DNA of 64,000 nt from Actinomycetota bacterium (GCA_030682655.1 JAUXNU010000127.1:14597-78596), one strand, 5' to 3'. Counted from the stretch's first letter, positions 53,427-63,252 are shown. The notes: generated by a model from the sequence alone, not told the origin. Made by a program: numbers and translations.

Positions 53427-54462
53427 ACTCGCCCAATACCCTACCTACCAGGTCTTCCTCGCCGTGGTGCTGGCGCTTGTTGCGTCCGGCGCTCTGTTCC
53501 CGCTGTGGATACGGGTACTCCGATTCCGCAATATCGGCCAACAGGTTCGGGCGGACGGACCGCAGGGCCATCTCGTCAAACAGGGCACGCCGACGATGGG
53601 TGGAGTCCTCATCCTGTTTGTCATCGCCAGCACCTACCTGGTTCTCGCTGACATCGGACCGCTGTCGATTCTTGCCCTTGGCGTGACGTTCGCGTGCGGG
53701 CTCCTTGGCTTCATCGATGACTGGGCGAAGGTCTGGCACGAGCGTTCGCTGGGACTCAGGCCCCGGGCCAAGATCATGTGGCAGGCGGTTATCGCGATCA
53801 CCTTCGGCGTGCTCGTGGTCAACTGGGCTGGGCTTTCGACCGACGTGGCGCTTCCGTTGGTCGGAGTCAACGTGGACATGGGCGCCCTCTCCAGTATGGT
53901 CAACCTGGGCTCACTGGAGATCGTCGTCCCATGGCTCTATCTGGCCCTGGTGTTCTTCATGATCCTTAGCTTCTCCAATACCGTTAACCTGACCGATGGG
54001 TTGGACGGTCTTGCAGCGGGAACGGTCACCATCGTGATGCTCGCGTATGCCGGCATCGCGTTTCGCCAGGACCGGCTTGAGGTCGCCTTGCTGGCCGCTG
54101 CGATCGCGGGCGCGTGCATCGGATTCCTTTGGTACAACAGCTATCCCGCCGACATATTCATGGGCGACACGGGCTCTTTGGGTCTTGGCGCTGCGATAGC
54201 GGCTTTGGCCATCATCACCAAGACGGAGCTATTAGCCGTTCTCATCGGCGGCATATACGTGGTCGAGGGTCTGTCGGTGATCCTGCAGATCGCTTCGTTC
54301 AAGCTCACCGGGCGCCGGATCCTGCGCATGGCCCCGATCCACCATCACTTCGAGATGATCGGGTGGTCTGAGACGAAGGTGATGGTCCGTTTCTGGATCG
54401 TGACCGGCATCATGGCCGGCGCAGGTTTCGCTCTGTACTTCGTGGGTTCGGTGAGGAAGTAG
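53419..54462 (+). CDS. mraY: Phospho-MurNAc-pentapeptide translocase MraY
   Basis: Internal ATG at 53419, overlapping murF by 8 nt. Canonical GFIDDWAKV, NTVNLTDGLDGLA, MGDTGSLGLG and PIHHHFE motifs. Confidence 0.9.
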   Translation: MFRLAQYPTYQVFLAVVLALVASGALFPLWIRVLRFRNIGQQVRADGPQGHLVKQGTPTMGGVLILFVIASTYLVLADIGPLSILALGVTFACGLLGFIDDWAKVWHERSLGLRPRAKIMWQAVIAITFGVLVVNWAGLSTDVALPLVGVNVDMGALSSMVNLGSLEIVVPWLYLALVFFMILSFSNTVNLTDGLDGLAAGTVTIVMLAYAGIAFRQDRLEVALLAAAIAGACIGFLWYNSYPADIFMGDTGSLGLGAAIAALAIITKTELLAVLIGGIYVVEGLSVILQIASFKLTGRRILRMAPIHHHFEMIGWSETKVMVRFWIVTGIMAGAGFALYFVGSVRK

Positions 54463-54463
54463 A

Positions 54464-55849
54464 GTGCGGAGGCTCAGCGGAGACATACTGGTCGTCGGTC
54501 TGGGCCGCTCAGGGGCAGCGGTGGTCCGCTACCTGCTCTCGTGCATCGTGCATGGCGACAGTATCACCATCACGGCGGTCGATGGCGAGGACACGCCGGA
54601 GCTCCTGCAGTTGGCCGAGGAGTACCGGGCCGTGGGCGTCAGGGTCGAACTCGGATGCGACCGGGTTGACGGGCACTGGGGCCTCGGCATCGTGAGTCCG
54701 GGTATCCCTCCCGGCACGCCGCTTCACATCAGCGCGGTCGAAACATGCGATGAGACGATCGGCGAGCTGGAGCTTGCCTTCCGTATGTCGAGTTCGCCGT
54801 GGGTGGCCGTCACGGGCACGAACGGCAAGACCACGGTGACAAGTCTGGCTTCGCACCTTCTCGAGTGCGCCGGGACGATCACTGAGACCGTGGGCAATAT
54901 CGGGAACCCGGCGATCGACATCGTTGAAGAAGCCGCGCCCGAAGCGGCGATAGTCGCCGAAGTATCGAGTTTCCAGCTGCATCTCGTGACGGAGTTCCAC
55001 CCTCGAGTCGCGGTTCTCCTGAACATCACCCCCGATCACATCGATTGGCATGGCTCGATGGCTGCCTATACGGCGGACAAGACGCGCATCTTCGAGAGGA
55101 TGGGCGCCGGTGACACCGCAGTCATCGACGTGGACGATGCCGGAGCAGCGCCCTACGCAAGTGAGGTCGAGCTGCAGGGCGTGCGCGTCGTGCGCGTAAG
55201 CCGCATGCATGTGCCCGCTGGCGGAGCCGGCCTGGACGGTGGCATGCTGGTGCTGGACACGGACGAGGGCCGGGTCGAACTCATACCGGCGCGAGACCTC
55301 CGGATCAAGGGAGATCACAACATCAGCAACGCATTGGCCGCCGCAGCAGCAGCGCACGCTTTCGGCGCGGACGCCACTGCCCTGCGCGAGGGCCTTGCGA
55401 GTTTCGCCCCCATCGAGCACAGGATCGAATCCGTGACGACCGTCGGTGAAGTGGAGTACTTCAACGACTCCAAGGCGACCAATCCGGGTGCCGTGCTCAT
55501 GGCACTCAGCGCGTTCAGGGACCGCCCCGTGGTACTGCTCCTCGGCGGGCGCAACAAAGACAACCTGTTCGACGAGATCGCCGAGGCGGCTCGGTCATGC
55601 CGAGGAGTGGTCGCGTTCGGCGAGGCCGCAGACGAGATCGTCGCGGCCTTCGATGCCGCCGGGACGCCAGTCGTAGGTGCGAACGGGCTGGCCGACGCCA
55701 CCCGCATCGCGCACGATCTGGCACTCCCGGGCGACGCCGTGCTCTTGTCCCCGGCGTGCGCTTCGTTCGACGAGTTCTCGGGGTATGCTGAACGAGGTCG
55801 GACTTTCAAGCGCATGGTTCTCAAGATGGCCGAGGAGAGGCGAGCGTGA
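54464..55849 (+). CDS. murD: UDP-MurNAc-L-Ala:D-Glu ligase MurD
   Basis: 461 aa. VVGLGRSGAAV Rossmann motif and VTGTNGKTTV P-loop. Confidence 0.9.
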   Translation: MRRLSGDILVVGLGRSGAAVVRYLLSCIVHGDSITITAVDGEDTPELLQLAEEYRAVGVRVELGCDRVDGHWGLGIVSPGIPPGTPLHISAVETCDETIGELELAFRMSSSPWVAVTGTNGKTTVTSLASHLLECAGTITETVGNIGNPAIDIVEEAAPEAAIVAEVSSFQLHLVTEFHPRVAVLLNITPDHIDWHGSMAAYTADKTRIFERMGAGDTAVIDVDDAGAAPYASEVELQGVRVVRVSRMHVPAGGAGLDGGMLVLDTDEGRVELIPARDLRIKGDHNISNALAAAAAAHAFGADATALREGLASFAPIEHRIESVTTVGEVEYFNDSKATNPGAVLMALSAFRDRPVVLLLGGRNKDNLFDEIAEAARSCRGVVAFGEAADEIVAAFDAAGTPVVGANGLADATRIAHDLALPGDAVLLSPACASFDEFSGYAERGRTFKRMVLKMAEERRA

Positions 55850-57087
55850 GCGGCAAACGACACTACGCCGGTGGCCCTGTCGCGCGGTATCTTCTTCTCG
55901 GCTCGACGGCCTTCCTGCTGCTCTTCGGCCTGGTCATGGTCTATTCTGCGTCCTCGGTGTCGGATCTTGTGAACTTCTCGGACGGTGCCTACCACTTCAA
56001 GCGACAGCTCTTGTTCATGGTCGCCGGGCTTGTGTGCATGGGCCTGGCCAGGTTGTATGACTATCGCAAGCTGCGCTCGCTCAGTTGGCCGCTGTATGCG
56101 GTATCGATCACAGGTCTTGTGGCGGTACTTCTCATCGGCGTTGGCAGGTGGGGCGCGACCCGTTGGCTCGATGTAGGCGGTTTCACCATCCAGCCATCCG
56201 AATTCGCCAAGCTTGCGTGCATCATGGTTGTTTCGCTCCTGCTGTGCGACCTCTCTGCGCGCAAGATCGACCGTCGGGACTTCTGGGGACGTCTGTTCGT
56301 GTCTGTGGGGATCGTGCTTGGCTTGGTGATGCTCCAGCCAGACATGGGGACCGCGATGTCCATCGCGGTCGCCGTGTACCTCGTTCTGGTCCTGGGTCGT
56401 ATAGAGTGGCCGATACTCGGTGGAACGCTTGTGGCCGGAGCCGCGGTGGCAGCCGGCGCCATAGCGATCGCGCCGTACCGTGCGGCGCGCTTCCTGGCCT
56501 TCGTCAACCCCTGGGCCGATCCCCAGGGCGGAGGCTATCAGTCGATCCAGGCGATGCTTGCGTTCGGCTCCGGAGGTATTGCCGGTGTGGGTCTCGGCAT
56601 GTCCAGGCAGAAGTTCTTCTACCTGCCAGCTGCCCACACCGACTTCATCTTCGCGATCATTGGCGAGGAACTCGGCCTGCTGGGCACGCTTGCGATCGTG
56701 GTCGCATTCGCCGTGTTCGCCTACGCAGGAATGCGTATAGCGCTCGGGGCGCGTGATGCGTTCGGGCGGTTGCTGGCCGGAGGTCTCACTGTGATGGTCG
56801 TGACCCAGGCGCTCATGAACATGGCTGCGGTCACCGGACTCATGCCTGTCACCGGTATCACGATGCCTCTGGTGAGCTACGGGGGGTCTTCCCTTACATT
56901 CAAGATGCTGTGCGTAGGTGTCATCCTGTCAGTGTCGACGTACGGCATGCGGGGCGTGCGTGCCGTCGCCGATAGACCGATTGCCAAGGAGCCTGCCCGT
57001 GCGCGTATTGGTGAGCGGCGGGGGAACCGCCGGCCACATCTATCCCGCGTTGGCGGTCGCAGCAGTTCTGCGCGCCGTCGGGCCTGA
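55846..57087 (+). CDS. ftsW: SEDS-family peptidoglycan glycosyltransferase FtsW
   Basis: 413 aa. GTGA overlap with murD. QPSEFAKL and YLPAAHTDFIFAIIGEELG motifs. The basic C-terminal tail overlaps murG. Confidence 0.9.
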   Translation: MSGKRHYAGGPVARYLLLGSTAFLLLFGLVMVYSASSVSDLVNFSDGAYHFKRQLLFMVAGLVCMGLARLYDYRKLRSLSWPLYAVSITGLVAVLLIGVGRWGATRWLDVGGFTIQPSEFAKLACIMVVSLLLCDLSARKIDRRDFWGRLFVSVGIVLGLVMLQPDMGTAMSIAVAVYLVLVLGRIEWPILGGTLVAGAAVAAGAIAIAPYRAARFLAFVNPWADPQGGGYQSIQAMLAFGSGGIAGVGLGMSRQKFFYLPAAHTDFIFAIIGEELGLLGTLAIVVAFAVFAYAGMRIALGARDAFGRLLAGGLTVMVVTQALMNMAAVTGLMPVTGITMPLVSYGGSSLTFKMLCVGVILSVSTYGMRGVRAVADRPIAKEPARARIGERRGNRRPHLSRVGGRSSSARRRA

Positions 57088-58126
57088 CGACGTAGCGTTT
57101 GTCGGCACGCCGCGGGGGCTCGAGGCCCGCCTCGTTTCAGAGGCGGGTGTTCGCTTCTTCGGGCTGCCTGCGAAGGGCTTCGACCGCTCGAAGCCCCTGT
57201 CGCTGCTTGTTGCTGTCGCGGTCCTGGGAGTGTCGGCTGTCCGCGCAGTCGGGCTGCTTGCCCGGTTTCGCCCGAACGCCGTCCTCGGGTTTGGCGGATA
57301 CGTGTCCATTCCGGTGGGTATCGCGGCTGTTGTGTGCCGCGTGCCACTTGTGCTCCACGAACAGAACTCCGTGCCCGGGCTTGCGAACAGGCTGCTGGCG
57401 CGGTGGTCTCGCGCGGTTGCGGTCACATACGAGGACTCCGCCGGATACCTTGCGCGCTCGGCACAGGTGGTCGTCACGGGCAACCCGGTGCGCGCGGAGG
57501 TCCTGGCGTCTGGACGAGATCAGGGCCGGGAGATGCTGGGAGTGCCCGGCGACGCGACGATGCTTCTGGTGTTCGGTGGAAGCCGTGGAGCGCGGCACAT
57601 CAACGATGTGCTCGCTCGGTACGCGGGGCGCCTGACGGACTTGCGCGACGTCTACGTGGTGCATATTGCCGGGCGCGATGAGGCCGCCTCGGTGCGCGAA
57701 CGGGTTGGCGGTCTTGGCGTGGATCCCGTCCGCTACCAGGTACTCGAGTACATCGATGAGATGGGAAGCGCCCTTGCAGCAGCGGATCTCGTGATTGCGC
57801 GCGCGGGAGCTACGTCTATCGCCGAGATCACGGCTCTCGGCCGTCCGGCGGTGCTGGTGCCATACCCCTACGCGACCGACGATCATCAGACAACGAATGC
57901 GCGGACCGTCGAAGAAGCTGGCGGCGCGCTCCTGGTGGCCGACTCGGCGCTCGACGGGCCGGAGTTCATCGAGGCCGTCACAGACCTCCTGGTGGACGCG
58001 GGGACACGTGCTACCATGGCAGCCGCATCTAAGTCGCTCGGACATCCTGACGCCGCCGAGCGGGTTGCTTCGCTCGTTGCCGAAGCCGCCTCCGGGCAGG
58101 GTCGCATCGACTGGGAGAAGACGTGA
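56999..58126 (+). CDS. murG: Lipid I UDP-GlcNAc transferase MurG
   Basis: GTG at 56999 gives VRVLVSGGGTAGHIYPALAVA, the canonical MurG N-terminus. 89-nt overlap with the ftsW 3' end. Confidence 0.88.
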   Translation: MRVLVSGGGTAGHIYPALAVAAVLRAVGPDDVAFVGTPRGLEARLVSEAGVRFFGLPAKGFDRSKPLSLLVAVAVLGVSAVRAVGLLARFRPNAVLGFGGYVSIPVGIAAVVCRVPLVLHEQNSVPGLANRLLARWSRAVAVTYEDSAGYLARSAQVVVTGNPVRAEVLASGRDQGREMLGVPGDATMLLVFGGSRGARHINDVLARYAGRLTDLRDVYVVHIAGRDEAASVRERVGGLGVDPVRYQVLEYIDEMGSALAAADLVIARAGATSIAEITALGRPAVLVPYPYATDDHQTTNARTVEEAGGALLVADSALDGPEFIEAVTDLLVDAGTRATMAAASKSLGHPDAAERVASLVAEAASGQGRIDWEKT

Positions 58127-59517
58127 GTTCTGGCGTGTACGCGCACTTCATCGGCATCGGCGGAGCGGGAATGAGCGGAATCGCCTCCGTTCTGAACGAG
58201 CGCGGTATCGGCGTGACCGGTTCCGACCTCAAGGAGTCACGCTACACCACAGCCCTTCGCGAGCAAGGGATCGACGTGTCCATCGGCCACAGCGCCGACA
58301 ACCTTGGCACGCCTGAAGTGGTCGTGGTCTCCTCGGCGATTCCGGAGACCAATCCCGAGCTGGCCGAGGCGCGTCGCGCGGGTCTTGAGGTGTGGCCCCG
58401 CGCGAGGATGCTAGCGCATCTGGCCGAGGACCGCGTAACGGTCGCAATCGCGGGCACCCACGGCAAGACGACCACGAGCTCGATGATCGCCGCCATGCTG
58501 TTCGCGATGGGCGAGGCCCCGACGTTTCTCATTGGCGGGGAGGTTGCATCGTTCGACACCAATGCACGGTGTGGCGAAGGTCGACACTACGTCGTCGAAG
58601 CCGATGAGTCGGATGGCTCGTTCATGTTCCTGGATCCTCTTGTCGCGGTGGTGACGAATGTGGAGGCGGATCATCTGGATCACTACGGCACCTTGGAGGA
58701 GGTCGAGAGGACCTTCGTCGCCTTCATGTCCAAGGTTCCTGCGGATGGGACTGTGGTGGCTTGCGCCGACGACGCCAGACTGATGGAGCTGGTGTCAGGG
58801 ATTCATGCGCGCGTGCTGACGTACGGGTGGTCGGAGATGGCGGACCTTCGGTTCCACTCCCTTGAGTCGAGGGGGCTTGGCCACCGATTCGCTGTTGCGA
58901 TGCCCGATGGCAGCAGTGTGTCAGCGGAGGTGGCGCTGCCCGGGAAGCACATGGTCTCCAATGCGACTGCCGCGATCGCAGTCGCATACGCGCTTGGACT
59001 CGACGCCCTCTCGGCTGGGAAGGGGTTGTCAGGCTTCTCCGGAGTGCGGAGGCGGTTTGATCAGGTCGGCGTCGTGGATGGAATCACGTTTGTTGACGAC
59101 TATGCCCATCACCCGACCGAGGTTCGCGCTACGCTTCGGGCTGCAAAGGAAAGCGGCTTCGGACGAATATGGGCCATCTTCCAGCCGCACCGATACTCCC
59201 GTACCGCAGCGCTGGGTTGGGACTTTGGAGCAGCTTTCGAGGACGCGGACCGTATCGTACTCATGGATGTGTACAGCGCCGGAGAGACTCCTGTGCCGGG
59301 TGTCTCCGGGAAGACGCTGGTCGAGACGATTCTCGCGCAATCACCCCGTGCTCGAGTGGCGTATCTCCCGCATCGTGCGGACATCGAGCCATATGTGCGA
59401 GCGTATGCTCGCCCCGGCGATCTCATAATGACCATGGGCGCTGGCGACGTGACGACTGTCGGGCCCGAGCTGGTGCGCGCGATGGAACCCGGGGAGAAGG
59501 GCCAGAAGTGCCGGTAG
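58123..59517 (+). CDS. murC: UDP-MurNAc:L-alanine ligase MurC
   Basis: 464 aa. HFIGIGGAGMSGIA and IAGTHGKTTTSSM motifs. GTGA overlap with murG. Confidence 0.9.
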   Translation: MSSGVYAHFIGIGGAGMSGIASVLNERGIGVTGSDLKESRYTTALREQGIDVSIGHSADNLGTPEVVVVSSAIPETNPELAEARRAGLEVWPRARMLAHLAEDRVTVAIAGTHGKTTTSSMIAAMLFAMGEAPTFLIGGEVASFDTNARCGEGRHYVVEADESDGSFMFLDPLVAVVTNVEADHLDHYGTLEEVERTFVAFMSKVPADGTVVACADDARLMELVSGIHARVLTYGWSEMADLRFHSLESRGLGHRFAVAMPDGSSVSAEVALPGKHMVSNATAAIAVAYALGLDALSAGKGLSGFSGVRRRFDQVGVVDGITFVDDYAHHPTEVRATLRAAKESGFGRIWAIFQPHRYSRTAALGWDFGAAFEDADRIVLMDVYSAGETPVPGVSGKTLVETILAQSPRARVAYLPHRADIEPYVRAYARPGDLIMTMGAGDVTTVGPELVRAMEPGEKGQKCR

Positions 59518-60425
59518 CCGCAGCATATGAACGGCTGAGGGAAGTCGTGCATGGCTCCGTGCGCCGATCGGAACCCATGACACGGCATACGACGTATCGA
59601 ATCGGGGGTCCCGCGGCCCTCTTTGTCGTGTGCGACACGGTATCCGACATAGCGCACACGTTGCGCGTGCTGTCAGAGGAGGGCGTCGACCACACCGTCA
59701 TGGGCAAGGGGAGCAACATCCTCGTGTCTGACGCCGGGTACGATGGTGCAGTCGTCGTGCTAGGCCGGGAGTTCAAGCGGCACAGCGTCGAGGGTACGCA
59801 GATCCGATCCGGTGCCGGCGTGATTCTGGCGGCGGTAGTGCAGGATGCCTTTTCGCGGGGCTTTGCCGGGATGGAGTTCGCGGTGGGAATCCCGGGCACG
59901 GTCGGCGGGGCGCTGGCAATGAACGCTGGTTCGCGGGACGACTGGATCGGACATCGCGTGGAGAATGTGACGCTGTTCAATCCGGCTCGCGGGCTCTTCG
60001 CGGTACGCGGGTCCGAGGTCGCCTGGGGATACCGCTGCACAGACCTGACCTATCGCGGCCTCATCGTCGAATGCGTGCTCCGTGCCGAGGATGGAGACAA
60101 GGAGCGGATTCAGCGTACGATGGAGTCGGGTCTTCGCCGCCGGAAGGCAACGCAACCACTGGGTGTGCCCTGTGCGGGCAGCGTGTTCATGAACCCGCCG
60201 GGCGATTCAGCAGGTCGACTCGTCGAAAGCGTGGGCAAGAAGGGCGCTTGTGTAGGCGGCGCGCGCGTGTCCGAGGTTCACGCGAACTTCATCGTGAATG
60301 AGGGGGGAGCGAGCGCCCGGGACGTCTGCGCTTTGATCCAGCAGGTACGAGACGCGGTTAGGGACGGGCATGGCATCGAGCTCCAAACGGAAATCCGGTT
60401 CCTCGGCACATTCGACGGGACGTAG
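59508..60425 (+). CDS. murB: UDP-N-acetylenolpyruvoylglucosamine reductase MurB
   Basis: GTG at 59508. HTTYRIGGPAALFV, GKGSNILVSD and AGSVFMNP motifs. Confidence 0.88.
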   Translation: MPVAAAYERLREVVHGSVRRSEPMTRHTTYRIGGPAALFVVCDTVSDIAHTLRVLSEEGVDHTVMGKGSNILVSDAGYDGAVVVLGREFKRHSVEGTQIRSGAGVILAAVVQDAFSRGFAGMEFAVGIPGTVGGALAMNAGSRDDWIGHRVENVTLFNPARGLFAVRGSEVAWGYRCTDLTYRGLIVECVLRAEDGDKERIQRTMESGLRRRKATQPLGVPCAGSVFMNPPGDSAGRLVESVGKKGACVGGARVSEVHANFIVNEGGASARDVCALIQQVRDAVRDGHGIELQTEIRFLGTFDGT

Positions 60426-61323
60426 GAAGGTCGTTATCAGCGCCGAGAGCACGTCTCGGGTGCGCTCGGCGCGACCCGAATCGAAGGGTTCTGCTCGCGG
60501 CGCTGCGCGTGCGCGTGACAACTCGACATCACGAACAGCGGCCGATCGGGCAGCAGCAGCGCGGCGTACGCAACGGGAGCGTCGGCTGGGCCGCCGGAGA
60601 AGGGTGCTGCAGCTGCGTTTCGCCGCCACTGCACTGCTGCTGGTAGCGGTGGTCTCAGGTGGCGTGAGTCTGTACCGATCAAGTGCGTTCACCATCGAGA
60701 AGATAGATGTGGTCGGCAACAGCCGTCTTGGGGCTGCTGACGTACGTGCGATCGCTGCCTTGCCCGATGGCTCGACTCTACTGCGCTACCCCGCGGGGCA
60801 GATCAAGGAGCGGCTCGAGGCAAGTCCATGGATCTCCGAGGCTAGCGTGGCCCGGGACTTTCCCAACGTCCTACGAATCCGCATCACCGAGCGGAAGCCC
60901 TACGCCCTACTGGACCTCGGGGGAGCGAAGCTATGGATGCTCGACTCCTCCGGATTCGTGATAGGGGAGCAGACCGCCGATGTGACATCGACGGTCGTTG
61001 TTGTGAGAGACGTGACGGGAGCTGATCCGCGACCGGGAACGCGTACCGCGTCGGAACCCGTTCTCAACGCCATTGCTGTCTGGGCGGGAATCAGCCAACC
61101 CTTGCGTGAGCGAACGCGTGCTATTTCCGCTCCGAGCATCGACAAGACCGCGCTCATCACCACTGACGATATCGAGATTCTGGTGGGAGCATCCGACGAT
61201 ATCGGCAAGAAGGACCTCCTTGCCCGACAGATTCTGCGCGACCAGAAAGGCAAGGTCGTATACATCAGCGTGCGCTCTGTTGAGCGTCCCACGTGGCGCG
61301 GCATAGACACACCCCAGCCGTGA
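60370..61323 (+). CDS. ftsQ: Cell division protein FtsQ/DivIB (POTRA) with a long basic N-terminal region
   Basis: 317 aa. S/R-rich cytoplasmic N-terminus, TM (ATALLLVAVVSGGVSLY), and a POTRA-like IEKIDVVGNSRL. ATG 60370 overlaps murB by 56 nt; in-frame GTG 60460 is a non-overlapping alternative. Confidence 0.75.
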   Translation: MASSSKRKSGSSAHSTGRRKVVISAESTSRVRSARPESKGSARGAARARDNSTSRTAADRAAAARRTQRERRLGRRRRVLQLRFAATALLLVAVVSGGVSLYRSSAFTIEKIDVVGNSRLGAADVRAIAALPDGSTLLRYPAGQIKERLEASPWISEASVARDFPNVLRIRITERKPYALLDLGGAKLWMLDSSGFVIGEQTADVTSTVVVVRDVTGADPRPGTRTASEPVLNAIAVWAGISQPLRERTRAISAPSIDKTALITTDDIEILVGASDDIGKKDLLARQILRDQKGKVVYISVRSVERPTWRGIDTPQP

Positions 61324-61345
61324 GCCAAGGCGTCTATTCACTTTC

Positions 61346-61375
61346 TTGTTGCAAACCCCTTGTTCTTCGTATAAG
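61346..61375 (+). promoter_or_regulatory. Possible ftsZ-proximal promoter in the AT-richer ftsQ-ftsZ gap
   Basis: TTGTTG (61346-61351) or TTGCAA (61349-61354), 18- or 15-nt spacer, TATAAG (61370-61375). A second TTGACT lies further downstream in the same ftsQ-ftsZ gap. Confidence 0.3.
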
Positions 61376-61466
61376 GTTTATGCGAAGATTGACTGTTGCA
61401 CATGCAGTCTAACCGTAAACTTGAGGTTTACCCAAGGTGGACCGAGGGCATCTCAGGGGAGGAAAC

Positions 61467-62543
61467 ATGCTCGAGACGGGTGCGAACTACCTGGCCGTGA
61501 TCAAGGTCGTCGGTATCGGTGGAGGCGGCACGAACGCGGTCGACCGAATGGTCGAGGCCGGAGTCAAGGGCGTGGAGTTCATCGCGGTGAACACCGATGC
61601 CCAGGCGTTGCTCATGTCCGACGCGGACTACAAGGTCCACGTGGGGGTCAACCTCACCAAGGGACTTGGTGCCGGGGCGGATCCCGATGTCGGGCTCCAG
61701 GCTGCCGAGGAGAACCGGGGCGAGATCAAGGAGGCGCTGCAGGGCGCCGACATGGTGTTCATCACCGCCGGCGAAGGTGGCGGCACGGGTACCGGAGCCG
61801 CGCCCATCATCGCTGAGATCGCGAAGGAAGAGATCGGCGCCCTCACCGTAGGCGTCGTTACGCGCCCGTTCGCCTTCGAGGGGCGCAAGCGCGCGCTTCA
61901 GGCCGAAGAGGGGATCAAGCGGCTTGCCGAGCACGTTGACACCCTTATCATCATTCCGAATGACAGGCTGCTGCAGGTGGCGGAGAAGAAGACGTCGATA
62001 CTGGATGCCTTCAGAATCGCTGATGACATCCTGCGACAGGGTACTCAGGGCATCACTGACCTGATCACCGTGCCCGGTCTCATCAACCTGGACTTCGCCG
62101 ACGTCCGCACGATCATGGAGGACGCCGGTTCTGCACTCATGGGCATCGGCCTGGCGGCCGGTGACAACCGTGCGCATGATGCTGCGAAGGCCGCGATCTC
62201 AAGCCCGCTGCTCGAGTCCAGTATCGAGGGCGCCCAGGGCGTGCTTCTGTCGATCGCGGGCGGTTCGGATCTCGGGCTCTTCGAGGTCAACGAAGCGGCA
62301 GAGGTAGTCGCCACTGCTGCGCATCCGGACGCAAACATCATCTTTGGCGCCGTTATCGATGACTCGATGATGGATCAGATTCGCGTGACGGTGATTGCGA
62401 CCGGTTTCGCGGGGCGCCGCCGTCAGGAGACGATGGAGTTCGCCGCCTCCGACGATGAGTCGAGCTCTTCGGTCCCGACGTTCGAGCCCATTTCTGATGA
62501 GGAACTGGACATCCCTGCGTTTCTCAAGAAGCGTACGTTCTAG
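61467..62543 (+). CDS. ftsZ: Cell division GTPase FtsZ
   Basis: Internal ATG at 61467 after [20 protein letters not shown] and the tubulin signature [11 protein letters not shown]-terminal peptide DIPAFLKKR. Confidence 0.95.
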   Translation: MLETGANYLAVIKVVGIGGGGTNAVDRMVEAGVKGVEFIAVNTDAQALLMSDADYKVHVGVNLTKGLGAGADPDVGLQAAEENRGEIKEALQGADMVFITAGEGGGTGTGAAPIIAEIAKEEIGALTVGVVTRPFAFEGRKRALQAEEGIKRLAEHVDTLIIIPNDRLLQVAEKKTSILDAFRIADDILRQGTQGITDLITVPGLINLDFADVRTIMEDAGSALMGIGLAAGDNRAHDAAKAAISSPLLESSIEGAQGVLLSIAGGSDLGLFEVNEAAEVVATAAHPDANIIFGAVIDDSMMDQIRVTVIATGFAGRRRQETMEFAASDDESSSSVPTFEPISDEELDIPAFLKKRTF

Positions 62544-62580
62544 TTGTAGACGCGGTCTGCGAAGGCCGCGATCTCGAAGG

Positions 62581-62618
62581 CCCGGATGCGGCGGCGGTAT
62601 CACCCCGCCGCATCCGGG
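62581..62618 (+). terminator. Intrinsic-terminator-like hairpin after ftsZ
   Basis: CCCGGATGCGGCGG (62581-62594) pairs with CCGCCGCATCCGGG (62605-62618): perfect 14-bp stem, 10-nt loop, followed by CTCCACTTTCTTC. Confidence 0.55.
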
Positions 62619-62643
62619 CTCCACTTTCTTCAGGGAGAAGAAG

Positions 62644-62675
62644 AGACCCGCCGACTTCGAGAAGACGGCGGGTCT
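62644..62675 (-). terminator. Hairpin terminating the convergent - strand gene
   Basis: AGACCCGCCG (62644-62653) pairs with CGGCGGGTCT (62666-62675). On the - strand it is followed by CTTCTTCTCC. Confidence 0.45.
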
Positions 62676-62697
62676 GGTCTTTCCACATTCCTGGAGC

Positions 62698-63252
62698 CTA
62701 CTCCGGTGGAGCGGGTGGTGCTGGTGGTGCAGGAGAGGCGGGCTCCGCAGGAGGTGCGGGTGGCGCCACCTGTGGTGTCGGCGGTGCCGGCGGCGCGGGA
62801 GGCGCCGGCGGCTGGACCGAGGGCGCAGGAGGCGCAGGAGGTGCGGCCATCGGCGGTGCGGCCATCGGCGGTGTCGCAGCTGCGGCAGGAGCGCCCGTTC
62901 CTGGCTTGGGCCCCTTCTTCACGATCATGAAGTAGTAGACCGGAGCTACGACCCAATGGAAGCCGAGGAACCAGCCGACGAGTAGGATGACAAGCCACAT
63001 CGTCTTGGAGCTGCCGGTTGAGTTCGGGAACTCGTACTCCTGGCGTTTGAAGGCGTCTATCACGAGGATTACCCACCAGATGAAGAACGCAAGCATGACC
63101 AGAATGACGATGCCCCAGCATGCGAGGATACCGAATCCCACGGCCGCTCCAGCGGCATCATCACCGTAGGTCTGCGCGAAGGCCGGCGCAGCCGCAAACA
63201 GCGTGATAGCGCCGACCGCAATGGAGGAGAAGGTCGAAAATGACCGCTTCAT
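62698..63252 (-). CDS. Small membrane protein (PLD_N-like hydrophobic core) with signal peptide and a ~60-aa proline-rich C-terminal tail
   Basis: 184 aa from the internal ATG at 63252 (RBS GGGAGGGGG). MKRSFSTFSSIAVGAITLFAAAPAFA|QT signal. WWVILVIDAFKR...KTMWLVILLVGWFLGFHWVVAPVYYF. The tail is made of PAPPAPP-type repeats. Confidence 0.65.
   Translation of the reverse strand: MKRSFSTFSSIAVGAITLFAAAPAFAQTYGDDAAGAAVGFGILACWGIVILVMLAFFIWWVILVIDAFKRQEYEFPNSTGSSKTMWLVILLVGWFLGFHWVVAPVYYFMIVKKGPKPGTGAPAAAATPPMAAPPMAAPPAPPAPSVQPPAPPAPPAPPTPQVAPPAPPAEPASPAPPAPPAPPE
62822..62873. repeat. In-frame tandem DNA repeats inside the proline-rich tail coding region
   Basis: GGCGCAGGA x2 (62822-62839), immediately followed by GGTGCGGCCATCGGC x2 (62840-62869) plus a partial third copy. 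These encode the duplicated PPMAA units. Confidence 0.85.

Noticed and set aside
62395-62985. 196-aa + strand ORF (Arg/Cys/Gly-rich) running from the ftsZ 3' end across the terminators
   Set aside because: It spans two hairpin terminators and is the antisense reading of the proline-rich repeat (CCN read as GGN/CGN). Compositional artefact.
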